Source: Hypanus sabinus (lineage: Eukaryota). From it: 64,000 bases of DNA. The stretch is taken from the NCBI RefSeq assembly GCF_030144855.1, contig NC_082721.1, forward strand, positions 43,462,001 through 43,526,000. Reading direction: 5' to 3'. The notes under the pieces were generated by a model. The model saw only the letters and a program-made list of their open reading frames with translations. It had not been told where the DNA came from and did not search any database. Shown here piece after piece: positions 39,716-52,125 of the stretch; within the stretch, counting starts at the first letter, position 1, and every line of letters begins with the position of its first letter. Position numbers and translations under genes: made by a program.

Positions 39716-40237
39716 TGTAACGTTCCACTGATAATTAATGGTTTCTCTGTGGCAGCGATTTTTGGGTTATGACTAGAGTAAATGGTGTTTGGAATGCAGT
39801 ACTTCTTTCTTATGAGTCTGGAAGAGAGATTTTCATGGTCTTTGGTCAGCGAGAGGAGAAGAAGGAAGAAGCGTGTGGAGAGAGCTGGAAGACTACCAGA
39901 TGGAGTGGATCGGGAGCGAGGGTCGAAAGGTCAGCGACGCTCAGTGGAAGCTGATGGATGACGAAAGGCCGTATTTGTGAGCTCCAACACGCACTTTTGA
40001 CTTTTCTCTTAAAATGGGCCCTTTTTCTTTTTATTTTCTTTACTAACCCTATACAGGTTAACATTTATGAAGTTCAATCAGTTAATTGCCTATGGTGTAC
40101 TGTCTGATATTCTACAGTGCAGATTAGTAACCAGGCAAATCATCATGCAGCAACCACGCAAATGAGATTTCTCAGTTTAGCAGGACAAGAAGTTGTCTTC
40201 CCCGAGACAAACACATGCTGGTTGAGCCTGAGGGTCA
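39716..40237. mobile_element. Solo LTR (522 bp) with candidate 5-bp TSD CATGT
   Basis: TGTAAC...GGTCA termini. CATGT at 39711-39715 and 40238-40242. Interrupts Tc1 terminal sequence. Confidence 0.65.
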
Positions 40238-40459
40238 CATGTATTTCATATTTTTTAAATTAAGATCAATTTGCAGTGATATATTTTCACTTTGAAATGA
40301 AAGTCTTTTTCTTTTGCTGAGTGTCAGAAAAGCCATATTAAATCCACTGATTCAATGTTGTAAAACAATAAAACATGAAAATATCCAAGAAGGGTGAATA
40401 CTTTTTATTGGCACTATATTTGTAGTTGCAATTTCATAATCCTTAGATTAAATGGCTTC

Positions 40460-41920
40460 TGATACAGCCCAGTTTGGTGAACCCTTTGCTGGGATTAGTG
40501 CCTTCCTACTGGTTCTCAGACGCCAGCCTGAGTTTTGAAGAATTCTGCTGAGGACAATGTCAAGTCATTAGTTGAGTTGCACCCTAACATCTCAAGACTG
40601 GATGTGAACTAAATGAAGCTGTCTGAAGTGCCTTCGGACTATTTGGATTTGTTCATCAGGAAATAAGCCACTGTGTTTTTTCCCAGACAGGGACGATAAT
40701 TGTACAGTAAATTTTCAACTGGTATGTGTCCTCCCTGGGAAGGCTCTATGCCTTGCCTATTACTGAAAGTCAAGCAATGGAGGAATATTATGGGAGTTGT
40801 GGAGTGTGGAGTGACAAACTTGTGGTAATGGCATAAGTTTACTTGTTGGAAGTATTTTAGAAGCTGCAAGTGGACCTGCCAACAATAAACTGTACATAGC
40901 CATGTCGGAGTTTCTAACATTCATTGGAGGCATTCCCTGTGTTTCTCCCTGTCATTTGCAAATTAATAATAACTCTCTCTGAAGAAGAGTCAAGCTTTGC
41001 TATAAGCTGTCAACAAGAAATAACTAATTTGGTATACTGTGTGATCTGGCTTTCAGGCTTCCCTGCCCTATATGAAACTGTCATAGAAGCAATAAAGGAT
41101 TTTCCAATTCCAAGTGAGGAAATACTAAATCAGTTGCTGAACCAGAAAGTCTGATTGTCACAAAAATGCATTGGAATCTTTGTACTCAAGGCTTGCTGCC
41201 AGATAGGATACAGGGAAGAGATGTCTTGTGGATCTTGGAAATGCCTGCAACATGAGCAGTGTCATTCATGTCCTTATCATGGCTTCTGACTTCGGGCATG
41301 CTGTATGCCACTCAAAGAGAGTGATTCACAGTTACTAATGATGAAACTTGAATGGTTATTTGCTATCCCAGAACATAGCCAGAGACCTGCCATCTCTCCC
41401 AGCAGCTTGTTGAAAACTTCATCTCCTGCATTGCTTAGTCAATGGGTGCACCATTACTGTTCAGAGTAGATAAGATATTTATTTGAAAACTGCAAGAAGA
41501 AAAGACTTACAAAGGAATTCTCATAGGCAGAGACATTCAAGCAGTGGACCTCATAGAAAATTGAGGTCCAGGAAAAAAAGTTAGCAGAAAGAATGTTCGG
41601 TTTGGATCATTTATCGCTGTTGTTGTAAAGCTTCTTTCCAAGGAGAAGCCTTTACAGATCTACCCCTAGCATTTCCACCACCTAACATAGAACTACAAAT
41701 ATGACGGCCTCTTGAATGATACATATCAATGAAGATACTAACACAGATAATTCGGCATCACTTGCTGAGCAATCACACATGACTGCCAAGACTCCAAATA
41801 AACAGACACAAACAAAATATAGGAAATGTTCACTCTTGGTTACGTTGGAAATGATCTGTTCTCATGGAGACTGATAGGAGACTATAGGAGTCTGCAGAAG
41901 CTGGAACTAGATCCTTGTCA
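40460..41920 (+). pseudogene. USP35: USP35-like intronless (processed) pseudogene, copy 2
   Basis: Collinear remnants F*HSLEAFPVFLP, ITNLVYCVIWLSGFPALYETVIEAIKDF, NALESLYSRLAAR*DTGKRCLVDLGNACNMSSVIHVLIMASDF, LLMMKLEWLFAIPEHSQRPAISP, ERMFG, GEAFTDLPLAFPPP and EAGTRS match recalled USP35. Multiple stops and frameshifts; no introns. Confidence 0.85.
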
Positions 41921-42120
41921 CAGAGTGATTTTTCAGTGGCCTCCAGGGTAAAAGAATACGTGACCAGGCAAATTGGAGGTCAGTGTATGTCCTCATCAGC
42001 ACCTGCAGCTGTCCTTCCAAATTAAGCTCTCTGACCATTTCACTGAGTTTCAACAGAAATGCTATCATGTGGTAACAGATATGATCATCGTTAAAGAACA
42101 GTGTAGAAGTATATGATAAA

Positions 42121-43137
42121 ACCATAGAACATTACAGCACAGTACAGGCCCTTCAGCCGTCCATGTTGTGCTGACCCATATAATCCTTAAAATGTACTAA
42201 ACCCACACTACCCCATAACCCTCTATTTTTCTTTCATCCTTGTGCCTGTCCAAGAGGCTCTTAAATAACCCTAATGTTTTAGCCTCCACCACCATCCCTG
42301 GCAAGTCATTCCAGGCACTCACAACCCTCTGTGTAAAAAAAAACTTACCCCTGATGTCTCCCCTAAACTTCCCTCCCTTAATCCCTCCCTTAATTTTGTA
42401 AATATGCACCCTGGTGTTTGCTATTGGTGCCCTGGGGAACAGGTAATGACTATCCACCCTATCTATGCCTCTCATAATCTTGTAGACCTCTATCAAGACG
42501 CCTCTCATTCTTCTACGTTCTAAAGAAAAAATTCCCAGCTCTGCTAGCCCTGTTTCATATGACTTGATCTCCAAACCAGGCCTCATTGGTAAAACTCTTC
42601 TGCACCCTCTCCATAGTTTCCACATCCTTCCTATAATAAGATGACCAGAATTGAGCACAATACTCTAAGTGCAGTCTCACCAGAGATTTGTAGAGTTGCA
42701 ACATGTCCTCTCTACTCTTGAACTCAATCCCCCTGTTAATGAAGCCTAGCATTCCATAGGCCTTCTTAAATACACTATCAACCTGTGCAGCGACATTGAG
42801 GATTTTCTGGATTTGAACCCCAAGGGCCCTTGTTCATCCACACTCTTAAGTAACTGACCTTTAATCATGTACTCAGTCATCTGGTTTGTCCTTACACTTA
42901 TCACCTTACACTTATCCAGATTGAGCTCCATCTGCCATTTTTCTGCCCAACTCTGCAGCCTATCTATATCCCCTTGTAAACTTCGACAACCTGCAACTCC
43001 ATCCACAACTCCTCCAATCTTTGTGTCATCCACAAACTTACTCACCCATCCTTTAGCTTCTACATCCAGGTCCTTTATAAAAATCACAAATAGCAGGGGT
43101 CCCAGGACAGATACCTGCGGCACTGCACTAGTCACCA
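42121..43137 (-). mobile_element. CR1 LINE 3' fragment
   Basis: VPQVSVLGPLLFVIFI, KFVDDTKIGG, LYKSLVRLHLEYCAQFWS in the track ORFs. Confidence 0.85.
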
Positions 43138-45559
43138 TAACAATAGTGAAATTGACAAGTTTTTCAGTACTGATGCATTGTCAATGTAATGGAAAAATTT
43201 GGGGATGGATGCCTAAGTAGGTTTTCAAATACAAACTGACCCATATAGCCAACAAAAAAAGAGGCATAGCTAGGCCCATGTGAGTACATATGATTATGAG
43301 CTTCTTGAGTGTGTTGAAGCTGTTCTCATCCAAAAAACTGGACAGCGTTCCATCGGATGACTGACTTGAGCCTTGTAGGTGGTGTACAGTTATGAGTTAT
43401 GAGGTGAGTTAATGCCTGGGGTATGAAGCCCACAGTGCCAAAAGCTTTAATTCCTTCTCTGTCTACCTGTGACTATACTTTCATTTAAACTGGTACTCTA
43501 AGACACCTCTGTTCAACAGCTCTTCCCATTTATGTGAAAGTCCTACCTGGATTTGATCTTGCTAAATGCAATGCCTTGCCCTTATCCAAATTAAACTCCA
43601 TTTGACATTCTCCATCTCCCTATAATTTATAATGACCTTCTTCATTGTCTATCTACTACACCACATATTTTACTGTCAGCTGCAAACTTATTAATCATGT
43701 CTTGTATGTTATTATTCAGATTGTTGATAGAGATGCCAAACATCAATGGGTCCAGCATAATCTCCCAAGACATATCATTAGTAATGGGAACCAGATTGAG
43801 AAAGAATTATCCACCTTGATTGCTCCCTCTGCTTTTTTTGATCAAGCCAATTGAATCATCAATTTGACAGTTCTTACTGTTTACATGTGATCGATCCTTC
43901 CAAAGCAGCCTAACAAGTGAACATTAAAGACTTTAAGCAGGTCACATAAATCTCATCTAGGGCCCTGTCCTCATTGACTTTCAGATATTGCATTATCAAA
44001 AATCTCAATCAAGTTCATAAGACATGATTTCCCATGCACAAAGCCATGCTAATGCCTCTAATCAACACATGTGTGGAGGGTTGCCTGAAATGTCGACTAT
44101 ACTCTTTTCTCTTGGTGCTACTTGGCCTGCTGAGCTCCTCTAACAGTTTGTGTGTTCTGCTTGGATTTCCATCTTCTGAGGTTTTCTCTTTTCACGTCTT
44201 TCAAGTTGTGTGCATATCTTATCCCTCAGAATGTTGTCTAGGATTCACCTGCCCCAGATGTTAGACTAACTGGTCGACAGTTCCCAGTTTTCGTTGCCAT
44301 CCTTTTTCTGTACATTCACAATATTTGCTACCATCCAGACCCTTACCAGCACTTGACTGTGGCAGACAATGAGACAAATATCTGAACAAGGGCTCCTAAT
44401 TTCTTCTCTTGCCAGTCACTTTGTTGTTGGATATAGGTGGTCTGGCCCTAGGGATCTGTCAACCTCCATACATTTTAGAAAATCTAGCAAAGTAGGATCT
44501 TTGCAATTCTATTCTCCATAAAACAAGAGAAGCCAACTCATTGAATAGATTTGTGGCTATGACTGGGCAGATCTTCAGTGGAAACCCAATAATGGGATTA
44601 CATCAAGAAAATGGAGTTCAGGCCAAGACTCTATTACTGTGACCTGAATAAATGATGGGGCAGCAAGGAATGGCCGTATGGACTGGTCTTGTCCCCATCA
44701 CCAGTGCTCTTTTGCTCAGAGAGATTGATGATCAGAGTCAGGTCATGAGGACGCAATCTGTGTGAGAACATGTTTTGTGACCATATTTGTTTCTAACGTC
44801 AATGAACACAGCCTTAAATTTCACTCATGCACACATATGTATTATCTCAATTCCAGTCAGACCTTAGCTGCAGGGTTCTCCTGTTTCTTGCTCAACCCTT
44901 CAACACACTCAGGGCTGATTTATTCTTAGCATCAACTCCACCAAGCCCAATGTTCCCTGCAGTACTTCAACTTTCTATAGAGCAGCAACTAGTTCAGACA
45001 CAGGTATTTTCAATGTCTACTCCTCCATAGCTCTCTGAGGTGCAGAATATCACAGATACTGGAGCCATGAAGAAGAGAAATCCTTGCCCAGCTTCTAGCA
45101 TACTGGGGCACCCTTTGTTATGAAATTGAATTGCTCAGGAGAGAATCTGGGATCTGGTAGTGAGATGTCCATCCTCTCAACATCTATTCCTTTCCTGCTC
45201 CTATATCATCAGTTCTATCATGATTCCATCATTTCATACTGTTGCTGAATTACAAGCACTTTTTCTCAACACTGATTCTGTATTGAAATAAACCAAAAAT
45301 ATTTTTTAAAAAAATTCTGAAATTGCCTTAATTTCTCTCCAGCATCTCAGTGATGATGAAGCAACAGCTGAACGCTGATCACAGGAGCTGATAGCACCAG
45401 TACACTGGGGTCAGATATGTTTTGGCACCAGAATATTAACATGAGCATAATTTTATAAATGGCTACACCTTTAGCAGTGGAGAGGTTCGCTCCCATGAAG
45501 ATAATGGGGCAGCATAGCTGTGGAGTGATATGTATAAAGTTTTACTGGTTATCTGAGTT

Positions 45560-45730
45560 GACTTCCTGACGCTGGCTGTAAAGAGGTTGTATGATCTCTC
45601 CAGGACTGCGTGGGTTTCCTCCGGGTGATCCAGTTTCCTCCCACAGTCAAATGATATCCCAGTTGGAAGGTCGTTGTAAATTCACGTGTGATTATGCTCA
45701 GGTCAAATTGATGGGGTGCTCTATGGAATG
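45560..45730 (+). mobile_element. V-SINE-like element
   Basis: gcgtgggtttcctccgggtgatccagtttcctcccacagtc central domain. Similar degenerate pieces at ~22320-22560 and ~48230-48310. Confidence 0.6.
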
Positions 45731-45779
45731 GCTTGAAGTACTGGGAGGGCCAAATCCAAACTATATCCCAAACAAATAA

Positions 45780-45900
45780 TACATAACCAAATAGATAGAT
45801 AGATAAAAATATCAATAAATAAATAGACACACAGATAAATAATAAATAAACATATAGACAGATCAATAAACATTAGATAGACAGATAGATAATAAACGAA
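45780..45900 (+). repeat. Degenerate (GATA/AAAT)n simple repeat
   Basis: atagatagatagataaaa..acagatagataataaac. Confidence 0.7.
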
Positions 45901-48356
45901 CAATCAAGAAATGAGAATGGTGTTGTGGGTTCATCTTTCTATCATATATGTGACAGTTCATTTTTCAGGAGACTGTGCTCCAGAAAAGAAATCCACCTAA
46001 CCAGACTCTTTTAGCAAAGAGGGAGGTGATGTCACACTGGTCCTTCCATCAGGGAGTTCACATTCCAGTATCATCATCCTTACACCAAACTCTTAATGCT
46101 CCTCATCTGGACTGACAATTCACAGAATTATCTGTGGAAAAATGAAAGGGTAAGGTTAATGAATTTCTTATCTTGTACAGATTACCTACTAACTCAGACT
46201 TGCTTTAGATTATAGTGAGCCATGACCAGAAATGATTATTTTGTAAAACTTGACTTTGAAATTGAGAAACTGATTAATTTTTAAGTATATTTGAAAACAA
46301 ACATATTTAATGAAGGAAGCTATTATCATGGTAAATATGGGTCGTTATACAGTTACTCCATTCTCAGTTGTGTTTGTCACAGTCAAGCAAATTTTCACTA
46401 GCTCAATGCCTAGAATGGATCAAAATTCATAGTTCACCCAGGCTGCAGTACCTCTGGTATATTGATGAAACTTTGGATCAAAATCTCTCAGTGAAAGACT
46501 CCTACCCTTCAGGTTGCAAACAGGAAATGTGGCTGCCTTTCACAAAATGATCTTGTTTAATTCCCACATTTCACCTGTGGACATGGCCACGCTGTGGTTT
46601 CCAGACTCAGAGTCCAGGAACCAAAATCTAGCCGCATTTCTGTTGTTCCTCAGATATGCCCAGGCTGAATTCTTCAATCGAATAAAGGCATACAGGAAAT
46701 AGCTTCGAATACTACTTCAGATCAGTTGTCACTGAAAGGAATGTCAATATCCCCATTTTACACACCTGCCCAAAGTTAAAGCTCTCAGTTTTATTCGTTG
46801 TGTGCTCCAATTTTCCAACCTTTTCTGAGGGAATCAGGAACAACAGCTCCTTGACCCAATGACCCCTCTTCCCAGGGGAAGCCTGACAGGGACCGTGGGC
46901 AGACATGGATAAGTGCTCCCATCTAGCCCAGTTCTGTCCTCATGCAGCGAGCCATCCAGGTCATTGACATTGAACAGGAATATGGACATCCTAATGAGCA
47001 GGGACACTTATTGTAGTTACTGCTTTCTCCATGGAAGATCAATTGATCTATTCTGAAAAGGAACCAAACAGTGGACGTCATTGGTATGTAGAGCTCAGTA
47101 AATCATTACATTAAAGACAGATTCTATGATATGATCTCTATCGACACATTGATGGATATGGTCAATGAAATACATCTCTCTTGAATCAATTGCCCATTTA
47201 TTGCATTCAGTTCGAGTCAGCCCATGTTGGGAAGGATGTGGCAGCATTGGAATGCGTGCAGAAGAGATTTACAGGATGCTACCTAAAGTTGAGGGCAAGT
47301 ACTAAGGCAGGTGTTGAGAAATCTTGTATATTTTTCCCATGATAAAAGTGTGTGATACCAGATGGCATGCCTTTATGATAAGAGGGGTAAATTCAAAGGG
47401 GATTTGTAGGGCATATGTTTACACGAAGAGTGGTGAGTGCTTCGGATGCACTGCCAGAGTTGGTTGTGGTGTCAAATATGATAGAAGCATTGAAGAGGTT
47501 CTTAGGTAGGTACAAGAAATTACAGAGAAGGAAGACATATTAACATTATATAGGCAGAAAGTAATTGTTTCGTTCAGCATTAATTAACCTCATGACTCAA
47601 AAGGCCTGTCCTGTTCTGTACTAATCTCTCTCTACTTTTCGTATAATTACAGAATCCAAACTTCTCCATTTCTGTTCTCCTTGAGACACTATGGATTCAC
47701 AGTTTTATGACCCGGGCTTGCATTATTGAGTGCATTATCATGAATGAATGTTAATGATGCAGTGTGTTTTGCATTATTCAGGAGAATTGCTCTACTGGAG
47801 TTAATTATTAAATTACGTTCCCCCAGAAACTAATATCCTGAATGTCCTTGCAGCAGAAGATATACACATAGCAATCAGCACAGTGCTCGATGTAATAATC
47901 AGCTGTGAAATCCGTCTTTTGGCAGTTTGGTACAGAGTGGAGTAGAATAACTCTGCAGTCATTCCTCTCCCCTCAATGGCTCTCCAATTGTTATCCCACA
48001 ATTAATTAGCTCACTGGCTGCGACTGCAGCTACATTTGGCAAAATGGTGCAGAGTAAACCAGAGCTTACCAGTTCGAGGGCTGCCCAGTTTCCCACTTAT
48101 TCTCATCTACTTCCTAAAAAAATGAATGGGCCATGCATTGTGAGTATCGGCACAAGGATGCCTCCGTAGCATGTGAGGAGTGTGATACAGTGCTGATATC
48201 TCACAGCTTCAGTGACCTAGATTTGATCCTGACCTTGTGCATGTGAAGTTTGTATGTACTCTCTGTGACTACTTGAGTTTCCCACTGATACTCTATTTTT
48301 CCTTGCACTGTGCAGTAAAATTTCCCTTTTTTTGCGATGAAATAACAGACAAATCA

Positions 48357-51300
48357 AAGGGTGTTTGACGGCATGTATTTGCCAAGTCCTCTAGCGTAGT
48401 AATATCAGGATTACTTCCTGAGTCACAAGCTTGCGAGGGCAAGAATAGCATGATCAGGTGTATTAATGTGTGGCTGAGAGACTGGTGGAGGGGGCGGGGT
48501 TTCAGATTCCTGGATCATTGGGTCCTCTTCTGGGGGACGTATGACTTGTACAAAAAGGATAGGTTATACGTGAACCTGAAGGAGTCCAATATGCTAGTGG
48601 GCTCATTTGATAGAGCTGTTAGGTAGGGTTTAAATTATTTTGGCATAGGGATGGGAACTGGAGTAATAGGGTTGAGGAGGAGGAAAACAGAAGTAAATCA
48701 AAGATAGCGTGCAACAGAGAGTACAGAAAGAACAGGCAGGAGATCGGGCTTAATTAGAGCCACTGGCATAAATTACAGGGCAATAGAGGTGTGGTGCAGG
48801 TAAAACAGAAAACAACAAATACTGGACTGAAAGTGTTATATTTGAATGCACGCAACATAAGTTATAAAATGGATGATCTTGAAATACAGTTACAGATTGA
48901 CAAATTTGATGTTGTGGCCATCTCTGAAACGTGGGAAAAGTGCCATTGGGAGCTGGACATTCAAGAATATACAATGTATCAGAAAGATAGTTTAGTAGGC
49001 AGAGGGGGTGGTGTAGCTCTGTGTAAAATAAATAATATTAAACTATTAGAAAGAGATGACATAGGATTGGAAGGTGTCGAGCTTATATGGGGTGGCAAGT
49101 GTAAAAGGACTCTAATGACAGTTGTATACTGGCCTTCAAACAGCAGCTGGGATGTGGATTAGAAATTACTGCAGGAAATAGAAACAAAGTTCTAGAAAGC
49201 CAATGTCATGATAATCGTTGAGGATTTTAACATGAAAGTAAGATTGGAAAAACCAGGTCAGTAGAGAGAGAATTTGTAGAATGTCTAAGGGATGCCTTTT
49301 TAGAACAGCTTGTTGTTGTTGAATCGCATAAAGTTGGATTGCCGGTACAACAGGTTATTAAGAAGGCAAAGAAATTGATGGCCTTTACTGCTAGAGGAAT
49401 TGAATTCAAGAGCAGGGAGGTCATGCAGCAACTATATAGGGTACTGTAAAGGCTGCACCTGGAGTACTGTGTGCAGTTCTGGTCTCCGTGCTTCAGGAAG
49501 AATATACCGGCTTTGGAGGCAATGCATCAGGTTGATTCCAGGGATGAAGGGGTTAACCTATGAGGACAGATTGAGTCACCTGGGACTATACTCTTTGGAG
49601 TTCAGAAGAATGAGGGGGGCTCTTATAAAAACATACAACTTTTGAAAGGGATAGATAAGACAGAATTAGGAAACTTGTTTCCATTATTAGGTGAGACGAG
49701 AACTAGGGGACATTGCCTCAAGATTCAGGGGAGAAGATTTAGGATGGAGATCAAGAGAAACTGTGTTTCTCAGAGAATGGTGAATCTGCGGAATTCTCTG
49801 CCCAGCGAAACAGTTGAGGCTTCTTCTCTAAATGTACTTAAGATACAGTTAGATAGATTTTTACATAGTGGGGGAATTAAGGGTTATGGGGAAAAGGCAG
49901 GCAGGTGAAGCTGAATGAAATTTGAGAGGGAAAAATAAAATGCAGTATGTTGGTATTTCAGTGGAATAAAGGAGATTACAATGGCATGAGAGGGGAAATG
50001 GCCAAAATTGACTGGAAAGGTACATATGCAAGAAGGACAGCAGAGCAGCAATGGCTGGAGTTTCTGCAAAAAAAAATCAGGGAAATGCAAGACAGATATA
50101 TTCCAAATTAGAAGACATTTCCAAAGAGAAGAAATACACTAATGAGGCAGACAGTTGAAGTCAGAGCCAAAGTAAAACAAAAGAGAGGACATACAAGGAA
50201 ACCAGAGTTAGTGGAAGGATGGAGGATTGGAAAGCTTTTAAAAACTTGAAGAAGGAAACAAAGAAGGTCATCAGGAAGGAAAAGGTGAATAATAAAAGGA
50301 AGCTGGCAACTAATATCAAAGAAGATAATAAAATCTTTTTTTACGTATATAAAGGGCAAAAGAAAGTCAAGGGTAGATATGATGCTATAGATATTGTAAC
50401 GAGAGATGCAGAGATGGTAGAGGAACTGAATGCATATTTTGCATCAGTTTTCACAATGGAAGATGTCTGCAGTATACTGGACATTCAAGAGTGTCAGGGA
50501 AGTGATTTTTCTGCAGTGAAAATTACGACTGAGAAGGTGCTTGGAAAGCTTATTGGGCTGACAGTGGGTAAATCTGATGAAATGCAACCTTGGGTTCTGA
50601 AGGAAGTAGCTGGAGAGATTGCAGAGGCATTAACAATGATCTTTCAAGAATCAATAGATTCCAGCATTGCACTGGATGACTGGAAAATTGTAAATGTTAC
50701 TCTACTGTTTAAGAAGGGTGGGAGGCAACAGAAAGGAAACTATAGAGCTGTTTGCCTGACATCAGTGGTTGGGAAGTTGTTGGAATCGATAGTTAGGAAT
50801 GAAATTACAGAATACCTTGAAACACATGACAAGATAGGCCAAAGCCAGCATGGTTTCCTGAAAGGGAAGTCCTGCCTGATAAACCTACTGCAATTCTTTG
50901 AGGAAATTGCAAGCAGGGCAGACAAAGGAGATGCAATAGACGTTTTGTACTTGGATTTTCAGAAGACCTTTGACAAGGTGCTGCACATGAGGCTGCTTAG
51001 CAAGATAAGAGCACATGGAATTACAGAGAAGCTACTAGCATGGGTGGAACATTCGGTGTTTGGCAGAAAACAAAGTGGGAATAAAGTGATCCTATTCTGG
51101 CTGCCTGCCGTTTACCAGTGGATTACACAGGGGTCGGTGCTGGGACTGCTGGTTTTTACAATACATATCAATGATTTAGACTATAGTATTAATGGATTTG
51201 TAGGTAAATTTGCCAATGATACAAAGATAGGTGTTGGAGTAGAGAGTGTTGAGGAAACAGAGATCCTGCAGAGAAACTTAGATAATTTAGGGGAATGGGC

Positions 51301-52125
51301 AAAGGGGTGGCAAATGAAATACAATGTTGGAAGGTATATGGTCATGCACTTTGGTGGAAGAAATAAATGGGCAGACTATTATTTTGATGGGGAGAGGTTT
51401 CAAAATGTAGGAATGCAAAGGGACTTGGGAGTCCTAGTGCAAGATACCCTAAAGGTTAACCTCTAGGTTGAGTCGGTTGTGCAGTAGGCAAATGCAATGC
51501 TTGCATTTATTTCTAGATGTAGTTAATATAAGAGCAGGGATGTGATGTTGAGACCCTATAAGGCACTCATGAGACCTCACTTAGAGTGTTGAGTGCAATT
51601 TTGACCTTCTTATTTTAGAAAGGATCTACGGACATCGGAGAGGGTTCAGAAGAATGATTCCAGGAATGAAAGGGTAACCATAAGACGAGTGCCTGGCAGC
51701 TCTTGGGCTGTATTCCCTGGAGTGCAGGAGAATGAAGGGGGATCTCATAGAAACATTCTGTATGTTAAGATGCGGAACAGATTAGATATGGCAAAGTTAT
51801 TTCCGATGGTATAGGATTCTAGGACACAAGAGCAATACTTCAGGTTTGAAGGGCATCCATTTAGAACTGAGGAGTGGAGAAATTAATTTAGTCAGAGCAT
51901 GGTAAATTTGTGGAATTTTTTGCCATGAGTGGCTGTGGAGGCCACGTCATTGGGTGTATTTAAGGCTGAGATAGCTAGGTTCTTGATTAGCCAAGACATC
52001 AAAGGGCATTGGGTGAAGGCAAGGGAGTGCAGATGACTAGAAGAACTGGATCAGCCCATGACTGAAAAGTGGAGAAGATTTGATGGGCCGAATAGTCTAC
52101 TTCTGCTTCCAAATCTTATGGTGTT
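48357..52125 (+). mobile_element. Long degenerate CR1 LINE (EN + RT) with a nested CR1 3' fragment at ~49320-49905
   Basis: LKVLYLNARNI..VAISETW (EN). ORF 50219-51466 carries RT motifs QHGFLKGKSCL, YLDFQKTFDKV and QGSVLG. Confidence 0.85.

Larger units (their letters stand above)
37345..40416 (-). mobile_element. Tc1/mariner DNA transposon remnant carrying two nested LTR-like insertions
   Basis: Transposase N-terminus GHPQKLSDHSRSGLVRETTK..RKPLLIKTHMKSLLQFARRHV (37918-38200). Terminal repeat ..ggtgaatactttttattggcacta at 40392-40416. Left TIR not found. Confidence 0.75.
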
